Of a stretch of DNA of 64,000 nucleotides, positions 18,669 through 28,493 are shown piece by piece; the first letter of the stretch is position 1, and each line of letters starts with the position of its first letter. The position numbers and the translations under genes were made by a program. The notes under the pieces were generated by a model. The model ran no database searches. It worked only from the letters and a program-made list of their open reading frames with translations, and had not been told where the DNA came from. The DNA comes from a virus (taxonomy: Duplodnaviria; Heunggongvirae; Uroviricota; Caudoviricetes): the IMG/VR virus record IMGVR_UViG_3300028394_000043; one strand, written 5' to 3'.

Positions 18669-19487
18669 ATGTTAAAAAATAAAATAATTGAGGGGATTGA
18701 CGAAACAGGTGCTCCGGATGAAAAGTATTACGCTTTTGATTGGGACGATAATATTGTAACAATGCCAACAAAAATATTAGTTAAAGATGAAGACAACGAT
18801 GTTGTTGGAATGTCAACTGAAGATTTTGCTGAATACAGAGAAGTAATAGGTAAAGAACCGTTTGAATTTGATGGTCATACTATTGTTGGTTATTCTGAAG
18901 ACCCTTATAAATATTTTGGTGTTAAAGGAGACAAACAATTTATTGTTGATGCTATGGGAGCTAAACCAGCTGCGGCTTGGCCCGACTTTGTTGAGGCAAT
19001 AAATAACGGGTCAATTTTTTCTATTGTTACCGCTAGAGGTCATACACCCTCAGTATTAAAAGAGGCGTGTTATAACTATATAGTGTCTAATACAAATGGA
19101 ATTAATTCTGATGAGTTAGTAAAGAATTTAGAAAAATATAGAGATTTAAATGATGAGGAAACAATGTCTAAACGAGACATTATACGTCAATATTTAGACT
19201 TATGTAAGTTCTACCCTGTAACACACGGAAAAGGTTCGGCAGCAGAGGTGGAACCGTTAAAAATAGAAGCTTTAGAGGAGTTTGTTGGTTATGTTAAAGA
19301 AATGTCTAATCACATTCAAAAACAAGCTTTCTTAAAAAATAAAATTAGTAATTTTTTTGTTCCAAAAATAGGGTTCTCGGACGATGATTTAAGAAATGTA
19401 GATAGTGTTAAAAAACATTTTGAAGATGACCCAGAAAATATTATTAAAACATATTCTACAAAAGGAGGAATAAAAAAAGAATATTAA
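18669..19487 (+). CDS. HAD-superfamily phosphatase/nucleotidase-like protein
   Basis: Motif I YAFDWDDNI, motif II IVTARG, motif IV GFSDDDLRN. Confidence 0.8.
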   Translation: MLKNKIIEGIDETGAPDEKYYAFDWDDNIVTMPTKILVKDEDNDVVGMSTEDFAEYREVIGKEPFEFDGHTIVGYSEDPYKYFGVKGDKQFIVDAMGAKPAAAWPDFVEAINNGSIFSIVTARGHTPSVLKEACYNYIVSNTNGINSDELVKNLEKYRDLNDEETMSKRDIIRQYLDLCKFYPVTHGKGSAAEVEPLKIEALEEFVGYVKEMSNHIQKQAFLKNKISNFFVPKIGFSDDDLRNVDSVKKHFEDDPENIIKTYSTKGGIKKEY

Positions 19488-19546
19488 AATAATTATTAAA
19501 AAAAAAACTATTAATTAATATTAATATAAAAACTAGGATTTCTAGA

Positions 19547-19575
19547 ATGATAAAAAATTTAATTCTAAAAGTCAA
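19547..19575 (-). promoter_or_regulatory. Antisense sigma70-like promoter
   Basis: Minus strand TTGACT (19575-19570)-N17-TATCAT (19552-19547), with no minus-strand ORF downstream. Confidence 0.4.
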
Positions 19576-19597
19576 GAGAAAAAAAATAAATAGGTAA

Positions 19598-19605
19598 TAT
19601 TTATA
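19598..19605 (+). promoter_or_regulatory. TATTTATA late-promoter-like motif upstream of the tube gene
   Basis: 41 nt upstream of the ATG at 19647. Confidence 0.6.
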
Positions 19606-19646
19606 ATAAACAAGATAAAAAAATAAAAATTAAAAACAAATAGAAA

Positions 19647-20135
19647 ATGGCTGATTTATTAATGAAAATGCCCATACCGTATGAACCAAAAAGACAGAAT
19701 AGGTTCATTGTTCGTTTTCCATCTACTTTGGGGATTAATGAATGGTTTGTGGAAACCGCGGCTAGACCACATATTACGATAAATGCAACAGAGATTCCTT
19801 TCTTAAACACTTCAACATACGTTGCGGGTCGTTTTACTTGGGGAACAATCAATGTTAAGTTCCGTGACCCAATTGGTCCTTCTGCATCACAAGCTCTTAT
19901 GGAGTGGGTTCGTCTATGTGCTGAGTCAGTTACAGGTCGTATGGGATATGCTGCAGGTTACAAAAAGAATGTTGACCTTGAGATGTTAGACCCAACAGGT
20001 GTTGTTGTAGAAAAATGGGTTTTAGAAGGAACTTTCTTATCAGACGTGAATTTTGATTCATTAGCTTATAATCAAGACCAATTAGCATCTATTACAGCAA
20101 CTTTACGTATGGACCGTTGTATTTTAGTTTACTAA
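19647..20135 (+). CDS. gp19: Tail tube protein
   Basis: 162 aa with EPKRQNRF, VAGRFTWGTINVKFRD, LEMLDPTGVVVEKWVLEG and ITATLRMD, a T4 gp19-family pattern. Confidence 0.93.
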   Translation: MADLLMKMPIPYEPKRQNRFIVRFPSTLGINEWFVETAARPHITINATEIPFLNTSTYVAGRFTWGTINVKFRDPIGPSASQALMEWVRLCAESVTGRMGYAAGYKKNVDLEMLDPTGVVVEKWVLEGTFLSDVNFDSLAYNQDQLASITATLRMDRCILVY

Positions 20136-20158
20136 TAAAATATTTCAAAGAAATAAAC

Positions 20159-20187
20159 AAATCCACATATTTTTATGTGGATTTTTT
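20159..20187 (+). terminator. Intrinsic terminator after the tube gene
   Basis: AAATCCACATA-TTTT-TATGTGGATTT plus a T run. Confidence 0.88.
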
Positions 20188-20244
20188 GTTTACAGTTGAT
20201 AAAAAATAAATACTGAGTATATTTTATAATAAAACCTAATCATT

Positions 20245-21003
20245 ATGGACCAAAGCACTATAGACGCGGGAACGCAAAATTTTAACTTACCTCACGATAT
20301 TGTAACATTACCAACAGGTGGTATATTCTACAAATCTAAGAAAAAATCATTGAAAGTTGGTTATTTAACTGCAACTGATGAAAATTTCTTAATGGGGGCA
20401 ACACAAGGAAATAAAGATAATATTGTTATTTCATTATTAAGAAATAAAATATATGAACACGATTTAAGACCGGAAGAATTATTAAACGGTGATATTGAGG
20501 CTATTCTTATCTATTTGAGAAATACTTCATTTGGTCCTGAATATACTGTAAATTTAATTGACCCTCAGACGGGTAAACAATTTTCACATACCCTTATCTT
20601 AGATGAGTTAAACATTAAACAAACAATTAGTAAACCGGATGAGAATGGTTTATTTCAAACAAAATTACCAAAAACAGGTGTTACAGTTAAATTAAGACCC
20701 TTAACTTATTCTGATAACCTTGATATTGATAAAATGGTTGAATCATACCCTGCAGGTAGAACGGCACCAAGAGTTACTTGGAGACTACAAAAACAAATTG
20801 TTGAGGTTGATGGTTCTTCAGATTTTGGAAATATATCTATGTTTGTAGATACGTTACCTATTATGGACTCAAAGTTTATTAGAAACTTTATGAGAGATAA
20901 CGAACCTTCGTTAGATTTAACGAGAACTGCAATCGCCCCTTCCGGAGAATTGGTATCTTTCGAGATTGCCTTTGGGGTGGAGTTTTTTCGCCCTTTCTTC
21001 TAA
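20245..21003 (+). CDS. Tail/baseplate hub assembly chaperone (T4 gp26-like)
   Basis: VTLPTGG.FY, KVGYLTATDE, GDIEAILIYLRNTSFG and LPKTGVTVKLRPLT. It lies between the tube and tape measure genes. Confidence 0.8.
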   Translation: MDQSTIDAGTQNFNLPHDIVTLPTGGIFYKSKKKSLKVGYLTATDENFLMGATQGNKDNIVISLLRNKIYEHDLRPEELLNGDIEAILIYLRNTSFGPEYTVNLIDPQTGKQFSHTLILDELNIKQTISKPDENGLFQTKLPKTGVTVKLRPLTYSDNLDIDKMVESYPAGRTAPRVTWRLQKQIVEVDGSSDFGNISMFVDTLPIMDSKFIRNFMRDNEPSLDLTRTAIAPSGELVSFEIAFGVEFFRPFF

Positions 21004-21148
21004 TCACCGACAACTTTTAATTGAGGAATTTTATTTAATGTCAAAATTTATTAAAGTTTCTTACACAGATTTTTACATAATGCCAACTTATGTAAGAAAA
21101 TACCTTATAGATAAAATAATTGAAGACAATACACCAACTGGGGATTAA
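20966..21148 (+). CDS. Frameshift extension of the chaperone (gp51-like module; coding from about 20990)
   Basis: The +1 frame overlaps the chaperone end at GAG TTT TTT CGC. It encodes ...FFALSSNHRQLLIEEFYLMSKFIKVSYTDFYIMPTYVRKYLIDKIIE, whose SxxD...MPxxxRxxLI pattern resembles small tail-chaperone C-terminal modules. Confidence 0.7.
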   Translation: MPLGWSFFALSSNHRQLLIEEFYLMSKFIKVSYTDFYIMPTYVRKYLIDKIIEDNTPTGD

Positions 21149-21168
21149 CTAAAAAACCCTACTTGGTG

Positions 21169-21176
21169 TATTTATA
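21169..21176 (+). promoter_or_regulatory. TATTTATA late-promoter-like motif
   Basis: 16 nt upstream of the tape measure ATG. Confidence 0.6.
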
Positions 21177-21192
21177 TATAAACACATTTTAA

Positions 21193-23118
21193 ATGGCGGC
21201 AAACGATAATATATTAAAACAAGTTGAAGAAAGTATTAAATCTGCTTTTGCTCAATATGGTAACGCATTAAAAACTAATGTTTCAGGGGATGCAATTATG
21301 AAAATAATGAATGACCTTGATGAAAAGGCTCACGATGTTACTAAAAGTTTTGCATCGGGTCGTGATAATATGATGGGTCTTAAGGCGGCAATGGCTGACG
21401 CAGTTACATCAGTTCAATTATTGGGGGGTGAATTTTCTGATATTGCAAGAATTCAAGAAGAAGTTGCTAAAAGTTTAGGTAGAAATGTAATATTAAATAA
21501 GGATGCTTATGCTCAGTTATATGCTGCGGAAGAAGTTTCAGGTGAAAAAATTGAGACTATTGTTAAGGCATTTAAAAACGCCGGAGCATCTGCATATCAG
21601 GCAGGTAAAGATATGCAAACAGTAATTGATTCTTCACGTGCTATTGGTGTAAATGCGTTTCAGGTGTCTAAAATGGTATTAGATAACACCGAAATGATGA
21701 ATAGATATAATTTTGTTGGTGGTGTTGAGGGATTATCTAAAATGGCGGCACAAGCTGTTTCGTTAAGAGTTGATATGAAAGAAACTATGCAGTTTGCAAA
21801 AGACGTTTTTAAACCGGATGGTGCTATTGAAATGGCAGCAGCATTACAAAGATTAGGTGTAGCTCAAAGTGATTTACTTGACCCATTAAGATTAATGGAT
21901 TTATCGGCAAATGACCCAACAGAACTTCAAAACCAAATCGTTCAAATGACTCAACAATTTGTTCAATTAGGTAAATCAGGTCATTTTGAAATTATGCCGG
22001 GTGCTAAGAGACAATTCCAAGAAATTGCTACAGCAATGAATATTCCTTATGAAACTCTTACTAAAATGGCTTTAGGTAGTCAGGAGTTAGATGATAAGAT
22101 GAAGAAGATTAAGTTTCCTGAATTTGCTACTGAAGACCAAAGAAAAATGATTGCTAATTTAGCGGAAATGAATAAATCCGGAAACGGATATGAAATATCG
22201 TTTAGTGATAGGGAAGGTAAATTACAAACAAAAGATGTAACAAAACTAGATGATGAAGATATTAAGCAAATTGCTAAATTTGGTGAATCTAAACCAATGG
22301 AGGTTATTGCTAAAGACTCATTAACTAACCTTAAGGATATTGCGGCAAATATTAAAGCGATTGCTCAGAAAGGTGGGTTTGCGGCAGCGGCTTCAGTTCC
22401 GGGACAATATTTACAACAAGCACCAAGAGATATTTCAGAATCATTTAGAAAAACGTTTGATAATGAATCTACTCAAATAAAAACACTTAGAGAAGGTATT
22501 AACAAAAATGTTGGAGGTATGTTAAATACTATTAATGACCTTGTTTCAGGTAAAAAATCATTACCTGATGCTTTAAAAACGTTACAAACATCTTTTGATT
22601 CTGCATCTAATTATTTTGGTAATCTTAAAGACGATACAATTAAAAACGCAAAAGGTGCTGGTGTTGATATGTTAAATTCTAGTAACCCATATATTCAAAT
22701 TGCTGCAAAAGCTTTAGAAAGATTAGTTGCTAATGAAATGAAAGGTACAGCACCGGAAAAAAAGGTTAATGATTTTATGATTAATGGTCAAAATTTAGTG
22801 ACAAATCCTGCGGATACAATATTTGGTGGGACAGGTGCTGAGAAATTTTTTGAATCGATTAATAAATTAACATCTAATAATAACACAGGAATGGTAGATA
22901 ATTCATCTCAAAATATGAATTCAACATTAGACATTAATTTCAAATTACAAGTAGATTCTAATCAAAACATTGATATGGCTCAATTAGAAAGAGCATTCAA
23001 TAATACCGCACTTAAAGAAAAAATTATAGAAGTCGCAACTTTAGGTATGGAAAGATTCTCACCTGAAGCGTCTGTTAGAAAAAAAATGAACCCATACGTA
23101 AAAAGTATGAACGGATAA
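21193..23118 (+). CDS. Tape measure protein
   Basis: 641-aa helical Ala/Met/Lys/Gln-rich protein directly after the chaperone genes and before the baseplate hub genes. Confidence 0.8.
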   Translation: MAANDNILKQVEESIKSAFAQYGNALKTNVSGDAIMKIMNDLDEKAHDVTKSFASGRDNMMGLKAAMADAVTSVQLLGGEFSDIARIQEEVAKSLGRNVILNKDAYAQLYAAEEVSGEKIETIVKAFKNAGASAYQAGKDMQTVIDSSRAIGVNAFQVSKMVLDNTEMMNRYNFVGGVEGLSKMAAQAVSLRVDMKETMQFAKDVFKPDGAIEMAAALQRLGVAQSDLLDPLRLMDLSANDPTELQNQIVQMTQQFVQLGKSGHFEIMPGAKRQFQEIATAMNIPYETLTKMALGSQELDDKMKKIKFPEFATEDQRKMIANLAEMNKSGNGYEISFSDREGKLQTKDVTKLDDEDIKQIAKFGESKPMEVIAKDSLTNLKDIAANIKAIAQKGGFAAAASVPGQYLQQAPRDISESFRKTFDNESTQIKTLREGINKNVGGMLNTINDLVSGKKSLPDALKTLQTSFDSASNYFGNLKDDTIKNAKGAGVDMLNSSNPYIQIAAKALERLVANEMKGTAPEKKVNDFMINGQNLVTNPADTIFGGTGAEKFFESINKLTSNNNTGMVDNSSQNMNSTLDINFKLQVDSNQNIDMAQLERAFNNTALKEKIIEVATLGMERFSPEASVRKKMNPYVKSMNG

Positions 23119-23131
23119 ATTAATTATAATC

Positions 23132-23139
23132 TATTTATA
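23132..23139 (+). promoter_or_regulatory. TATTTATA late-promoter-like motif
   Basis: 15 nt upstream of the ATG at 23155. Confidence 0.6.
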
Positions 23140-23154
23140 GATAAACAATAAAAA

Positions 23155-26100
23155 ATGCCAAGTACATTATCATTTGCATCATCGTCGTCATTTAGAGATT
23201 CTCTTTTAGCGAAAAATCTATCACCATATACCGTTACGGGTGTTTATTCACCCCCAAGTGGTGCGGTTGCTTATGAACCGGCAATTAATCAATCAAACGT
23301 AATTGATTCTCCGGATGGGTTAATTGCTAACGATACTTTTGCTCCGTCACAATATGTGATGAATCAATATGGTCCTCAAGGTGGTTATAATATCAATATA
23401 ACGTATAATGACGTTCCTTTTCCTGTATTATCTAATTCAGGGGAATATGACCCTAATGATACGGTGTTAGATTTAGTAAACGAGTTTTTTATTGATGCAG
23501 CTTACATTATTAATCCATATGGTCCAATAGGAGGGTTTAATAATTTATATTACACAACTGAGGTTACTACTAGTCACGTTTATCATCAACCATACCCAAG
23601 TACATTTGTACCTTCAAGTTATTCTCCTTATGAGATATTATTTAGTACTAATCCAACGGGTAGTGATGGTACATTATCTCAAGATTCATATTTGGCCCAA
23701 ATTGGGTCAACTCAATTAAATAGTGCGTTTCAAAGCACAATAGCTTCTGAAATATATCAGAATACTGTTGGTGCGGTTAACTTACAAGGTCTACAAGACC
23801 CTTTTGAGATAAGTTTAATCCTTTCGGGGCAAGAACCTTTAATTTATAGAAATTGGAGGATTACGGTACCTGAAAACATTGTGGTTGCAGCCTTTGATTT
23901 TGCAACAAGATTGGCGGGGGCTTATTGGCCTGTATCTCCGATTCCGGGAGATTATTTTGAAGATAATACCTTAAACGGTCAAACACAACAAACCTCAACA
24001 GCATTAAATGTTGTTAATCAATTAACGGGTGGGTTTTTAGGTCCGATATTAAATATTAAGAGAAACCCATCTGAGATATTCTTAGTCAATACAGGAAACG
24101 GTCAAAGGTCAGCGTTATTTGCTAACTTAAATTATAATAGATATCAACCAAGTTATCGTAGAGATTTTGGTGGTATTTTAGGTGTTGGACAGGCAATTAT
24201 TAATTTAATTAATCCTGCAAATGGTACATTAGTTGGTGGTTATTATGTTGGTAGTAGAAATGCTGAACCATCTACTATTACATCACCACCTAATCAAGTT
24301 CCTGTTAACGCTTTTGGACAACAAGAGGAATCTCCTGTTTATGGTCCATCAGAATTGGGTATTCTATATGAGGGTAATCAAGATACTCTTAAATTTGGTT
24401 TAGCGGCTAAAGCTTATAGTGATGGTGGGGATATTACCGGACAATTTGTTTGGACATCACCTAAATATAAAGATAATGCTGGATTCCACGCAACACCGGG
24501 TGGTGGTTCAGGGTCTAGAGATGAACAATACAATACCGTTAGTAGTGATTTTACAAGAAATCAATCTACAAATTTTACATTTAAACAAACATCTATTTTA
24601 GACCAAACACAAAGATTGGTTGATTCTGCTGATAATGTACAAGGTATTACAAGATTAAAACACGTTGGTAACGCAATTAATCAGGTGAGTAAAGTTTTTC
24701 ACGATGGTTATAAAGAAATGACTAAAGGTTCTCAAGTGGTATCATATAAAGATAATACAACGGGAGCGGAAAAAGGTATTGAGTATTGTCGTGTTTTTAC
24801 TAAAGATACTCCTTATTTTACATATGCTGATTTACAAAAAACAGACGGTATTACGACATCAGGTAGAAGATTTAGTAGTTCAGTGTTAGATAATACATAT
24901 AATTTGAATATTGCCCCAATGAGAAATCCTGGGTCAACAAATATACAACCGGGGCCAAAAGGTAATTTGGTGGCTAAAAAGTATATGTTCTCAATTGAGA
25001 ATTTAGCTTGGAGAACATCAAGTAGACCGGGATTCAGAGTGGAAGATTTACCTGTGTGTGAACAAGGTCCTAATGGGGGTAGAGTTATGTGGTTCCCACC
25101 ATATGATATAAAATTTTCAGATTCAAGTCAGGCGAATTGGAATCAAACAACTTTCTTAGGTAGACCGGAACCAATGTATACGTATAAAGATACTAGTAGA
25201 ACCGGTAGTTTGTCTTGGAAAATGATTGTTGACCATCCTTCTGTATTAAATTTAATTGTTGAAAAACAATTAAAAGGTCAAGGTAAAGAAAGAGTTAATT
25301 CAATTTTAGATTCGTTTTTTGCGGGTTGTGTGAAATATGATATATACGAATTGGCTAAGAAATTTAATCAAATTCCTGTTAGTAAATTATACACCTACCA
25401 AGAGATATTAAGTAATCCAAGACTTACGGAAGAAGAGTTAAGAAAAATTCAATTAGAAATTTCTGCGGATAATAATGCGGGTGCTGTTGTTACTAATCCG
25501 GCGACAGTGGAAGGTCCTCAGACAAGTTATAATGGTGATTTTGAAACAAAATACTTAAATCTTGGTTTTTATTTTGAAAATGACCAACCAAATCCGGGTA
25601 CAAGACAAGTAACAACTTCAGAAAATTTTGCAAGTTTATATGGGACATATACTGACAAAGGTAATATTACTAAATATGAAAATAAGGCGAATAATTTATT
25701 TTCCGCTACCGACACTAATAGAAATGTGGTTCAATTTTTTAACACAGTTGTTATAGATAATTTTAATTTAGTTTCCTCATCATTTATTAAAGACGCAGTT
25801 GATATTATTAATAATCAAAAAGGTACTGTTTCTATTGCGTTACAAGGTTCTGCGTCAGCTTTAGCTGGTAATGCGTATAACATAAATCTATCGGCAAGAA
25901 GAATTAAATCTGTTGAAAACTATTTTGCATCAACAGAATTAAAACAAGCGTTATTAGATAAAAAATTCAAAGTTATAAATGAAAATCCAAAAGGTGAAGG
26001 AGAAACAATTGTATTTCCTAAATCAACAAGTACCAAAGGTGAAAATGATGTTCAATCTTCAGCACCAGCAGGTAGTTTTGGTGAGTCTGTGACTTGTACT

Positions 26101-28167
26101 AATGATGTTAAAGCAACTGCGGGACCAACTATTGGTAAAGTGACTAGTCAAGGTTCTCAATGGTATTCTGTGGCTGCGATGGCTTGTAGACGTGTGGCGA
26201 TAACAAGTATTAAGGTTGATATACCACCGGCACCCGTAGTTCCACCACCAAAACAAGAACAAAGTACCACAGGAGAGAATATTCCTATTCCTCAACAAAC
26301 GACAACAATTCAACAAGATAAAATTGAAGGTATTGGTAAAAAGATTTTAAGAGATTTATTATCTGAGTGTGATTATTTTGAATTAATTAAGGAAAACGTC
26401 CCAATGATTTATGATAATATTAAAGAAAAAATAAAATATTTTAATCCAGCATTTCACTCTATGACACCTGAGGGATTAAATAGTAGATTAACTTTCTTGA
26501 ATCAATGTGTTAGACCGGGAGAAACTATTCCAACAATAGGAACAGATAATAAACCAAAATATAATGATGCGGTTAATACATCATTTGGTGCACCTCCAAT
26601 ATTAATATTAAGAATTGGGGATTTCTTCAACACTAAAATTGTACCAAAAAGTGTTCAATTTACGTATGAACCATTACTTTATGATTTAAATCCTGAAGGT
26701 ATTGGTGTACAACCTATGTTAGCTAATGTTACTATGGGGTTTGATATTATTGGTGGTATGGGACTTTCAAAACCTGTGGAAGAGTTACAAAACGCATTAT
26801 CCTTCAATTATTATGCTAACACTGAAATTTATGATGAAAGGTCTAAATGGACTGATGATAGTTTCAAAACAATTGATAAAGAAATTTGGGATTCAATATT
26901 ATCTCAACAACCTTCCGCAAAACCAAAGGAAGTTGATAATAAACAACAAAATAACGGTGGAACAACTATTGGTGAGGTAATAACTAATATTCCGGTAACA
27001 GGAGGTCAAACAGGTGAGATAACCTATAAAACAATTATGGATAATTTATTAGATATTACTAAAGAGTATTATACTAATATTGTTAATCAAGCTGAGAGTT
27101 TCACTAAGACATATAACTATGGCGTTTGGCAATTAATTACTAAAAATAGATTATATACCACAGGTACTTTTAATTTAGATATTGGAGATACTTGGGAAGT
27201 CCCTATTTATGGTGCACCTGAAAAAGTTCAAGATAAAATTAATAAATTGTTTACGGATATTAATGGGGACATTACGGACCAAAGTAATTTTATTATTGCG
27301 GGGTTAAGTTCGTATAATTTTTCATCTCAAGTTATAACTAATGTGACGACAAATTTACGTCAATTTTTGACGGATTTTAAAGATAGTTACAGCTCAGGAA
27401 TTATGAGTAAAATTAATTCTGATATTGTTGTTCAACAACAAAATATGGTAATGGTGTTTAACAAAATTAATTTAGTTGATACAAAAACTGATGGTAAAAT
27501 TGTTGATAACAAAGCGAGGGTTTATAATTTATCAGGAACAACGGAAGTAGACCCAAGTACTAAAGGTGCTACGGATACGTATTCAGAATTATGGATTGAT
27601 TATCAAACTGTTGGAACAAGATTACAAAACTACGACAAATACTTAAGAATACCTGATAATTTAATTATAACTGATTTATATGGTGATACAGGTCCAAGTT
27701 GTTTTTCACCTCTAAAAGGTTATGGAAGTTCAGCTTTTGATGTTGGTGCTAATTCACAGTATCAAAATCAAAATAGATTTTTCATTGCGTTAGGTAGATA
27801 TTTAAGTGATAGAAATAATTTAAAAACATTCAAAAATAAGATAATTAATACTGAATTATCTAAAATAAAAACTCCGTCAAATTTAAGTAATAAGTTTGAT
27901 AAAATTATGGACAATTTTGTTGATAGTTGTAAAGAAGAATTAAAACAAGAAGAAAAATTCTTTGATAAATTGAAGAAAAAACAAGATTATTTGGACTATA
28001 TTAACAAATCAGTATACAATAAAGGAAAATTACGTAAATTTAATTATTCAACAGTACCAAATCAATCAACAAATGCGGAACAAGAAACCGCAATTAAATT
28101 ATTGTATTCAAGTACTGGTGATGTTGCGTCTAAAACTTGGAATAATAAAGTTAAATTTAATTCATAA
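23155..28167 (+). CDS. Large baseplate/tube-initiator-like protein containing an OmpA-like domain
   Basis: Tube-initiator-like halves (WNQTTFLGRPEPMYTY...RTGSLSW; GAPPILILRIG...MLANVTMGFDI) flank an OmpA_C-like segment (IALQGSAS...YNINLSARRIKSV...CRRVAI). Confidence 0.7.
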   Translation: MPSTLSFASSSSFRDSLLAKNLSPYTVTGVYSPPSGAVAYEPAINQSNVIDSPDGLIANDTFAPSQYVMNQYGPQGGYNINITYNDVPFPVLSNSGEYDPNDTVLDLVNEFFIDAAYIINPYGPIGGFNNLYYTTEVTTSHVYHQPYPSTFVPSSYSPYEILFSTNPTGSDGTLSQDSYLAQIGSTQLNSAFQSTIASEIYQNTVGAVNLQGLQDPFEISLILSGQEPLIYRNWRITVPENIVVAAFDFATRLAGAYWPVSPIPGDYFEDNTLNGQTQQTSTALNVVNQLTGGFLGPILNIKRNPSEIFLVNTGNGQRSALFANLNYNRYQPSYRRDFGGILGVGQAIINLINPANGTLVGGYYVGSRNAEPSTITSPPNQVPVNAFGQQEESPVYGPSELGILYEGNQDTLKFGLAAKAYSDGGDITGQFVWTSPKYKDNAGFHATPGGGSGSRDEQYNTVSSDFTRNQSTNFTFKQTSILDQTQRLVDSADNVQGITRLKHVGNAINQVSKVFHDGYKEMTKGSQVVSYKDNTTGAEKGIEYCRVFTKDTPYFTYADLQKTDGITTSGRRFSSSVLDNTYNLNIAPMRNPGSTNIQPGPKGNLVAKKYMFSIENLAWRTSSRPGFRVEDLPVCEQGPNGGRVMWFPPYDIKFSDSSQANWNQTTFLGRPEPMYTYKDTSRTGSLSWKMIVDHPSVLNLIVEKQLKGQGKERVNSILDSFFAGCVKYDIYELAKKFNQIPVSKLYTYQEILSNPRLTEEELRKIQLEISADNNAGAVVTNPATVEGPQTSYNGDFETKYLNLGFYFENDQPNPGTRQVTTSENFASLYGTYTDKGNITKYENKANNLFSATDTNRNVVQFFNTVVIDNFNLVSSSFIKDAVDIINNQKGTVSIALQGSASALAGNAYNINLSARRIKSVENYFASTELKQALLDKKFKVINENPKGEGETIVFPKSTSTKGENDVQSSAPAGSFGESVTCTNDVKATAGPTIGKVTSQGSQWYSVAAMACRRVAITSIKVDIPPAPVVPPPKQEQSTTGENIPIPQQTTTIQQDKIEGIGKKILRDLLSECDYFELIKENVPMIYDNIKEKIKYFNPAFHSMTPEGLNSRLTFLNQCVRPGETIPTIGTDNKPKYNDAVNTSFGAPPILILRIGDFFNTKIVPKSVQFTYEPLLYDLNPEGIGVQPMLANVTMGFDIIGGMGLSKPVEELQNALSFNYYANTEIYDERSKWTDDSFKTIDKEIWDSILSQQPSAKPKEVDNKQQNNGGTTIGEVITNIPVTGGQTGEITYKTIMDNLLDITKEYYTNIVNQAESFTKTYNYGVWQLITKNRLYTTGTFNLDIGDTWEVPIYGAPEKVQDKINKLFTDINGDITDQSNFIIAGLSSYNFSSQVITNVTTNLRQFLTDFKDSYSSGIMSKINSDIVVQQQNMVMVFNKINLVDTKTDGKIVDNKARVYNLSGTTEVDPSTKGATDTYSELWIDYQTVGTRLQNYDKYLRIPDNLIITDLYGDTGPSCFSPLKGYGSSAFDVGANSQYQNQNRFFIALGRYLSDRNNLKTFKNKIINTELSKIKTPSNLSNKFDKIMDNFVDSCKEELKQEEKFFDKLKKKQDYLDYINKSVYNKGKLRKFNYSTVPNQSTNAEQETAIKLLYSSTGDVASKTWNNKVKFNS

Positions 28168-28493
28168 TGGCAGGTAGAGATACATATAATAGATATTCTG
28201 ATTTTATAACTAACGGTCAACAAACAGTTGTTCCGTATGTTAACTTGCAATCAAAATCTACCGATAAGAGATATATTTACAAAGTTGGTCAATCTAGGTT
28301 AGATAAAGTTTCCCAACAATATTACGGGTCAGGAACTTTTGGATGGTTAATATTAATGGCTAATCCAATTTATGGTGGGCAAGAATGGAACATAACTGAT
28401 GGTTCTATCTTGACAATTCCATTTCCTTTAGTAGCTTCATTACAAGATTATAAAAATGAGTTAAATAATCATTTCTTTTATTATGGTAGATAA
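28167..28493 (+). CDS. LysM-like baseplate wedge protein (gp53/P2 gpX-like)
   Basis: YKVGQSRLDKVSQQYYGSGTFGWLILMANP...GSILTIP is a typical LysM/gpX pattern. Confidence 0.85.
   Translation: MAGRDTYNRYSDFITNGQQTVVPYVNLQSKSTDKRYIYKVGQSRLDKVSQQYYGSGTFGWLILMANPIYGGQEWNITDGSILTIPFPLVASLQDYKNELNNHFFYYGR

Noticed and set aside
19482-19524. Four TATTAA copies and the palindrome TATTAATTAATA as a possible origin or operator
   Set aside because: The region is almost purely A/T and the spacing is irregular (12, 15, 10), so chance cannot be excluded.
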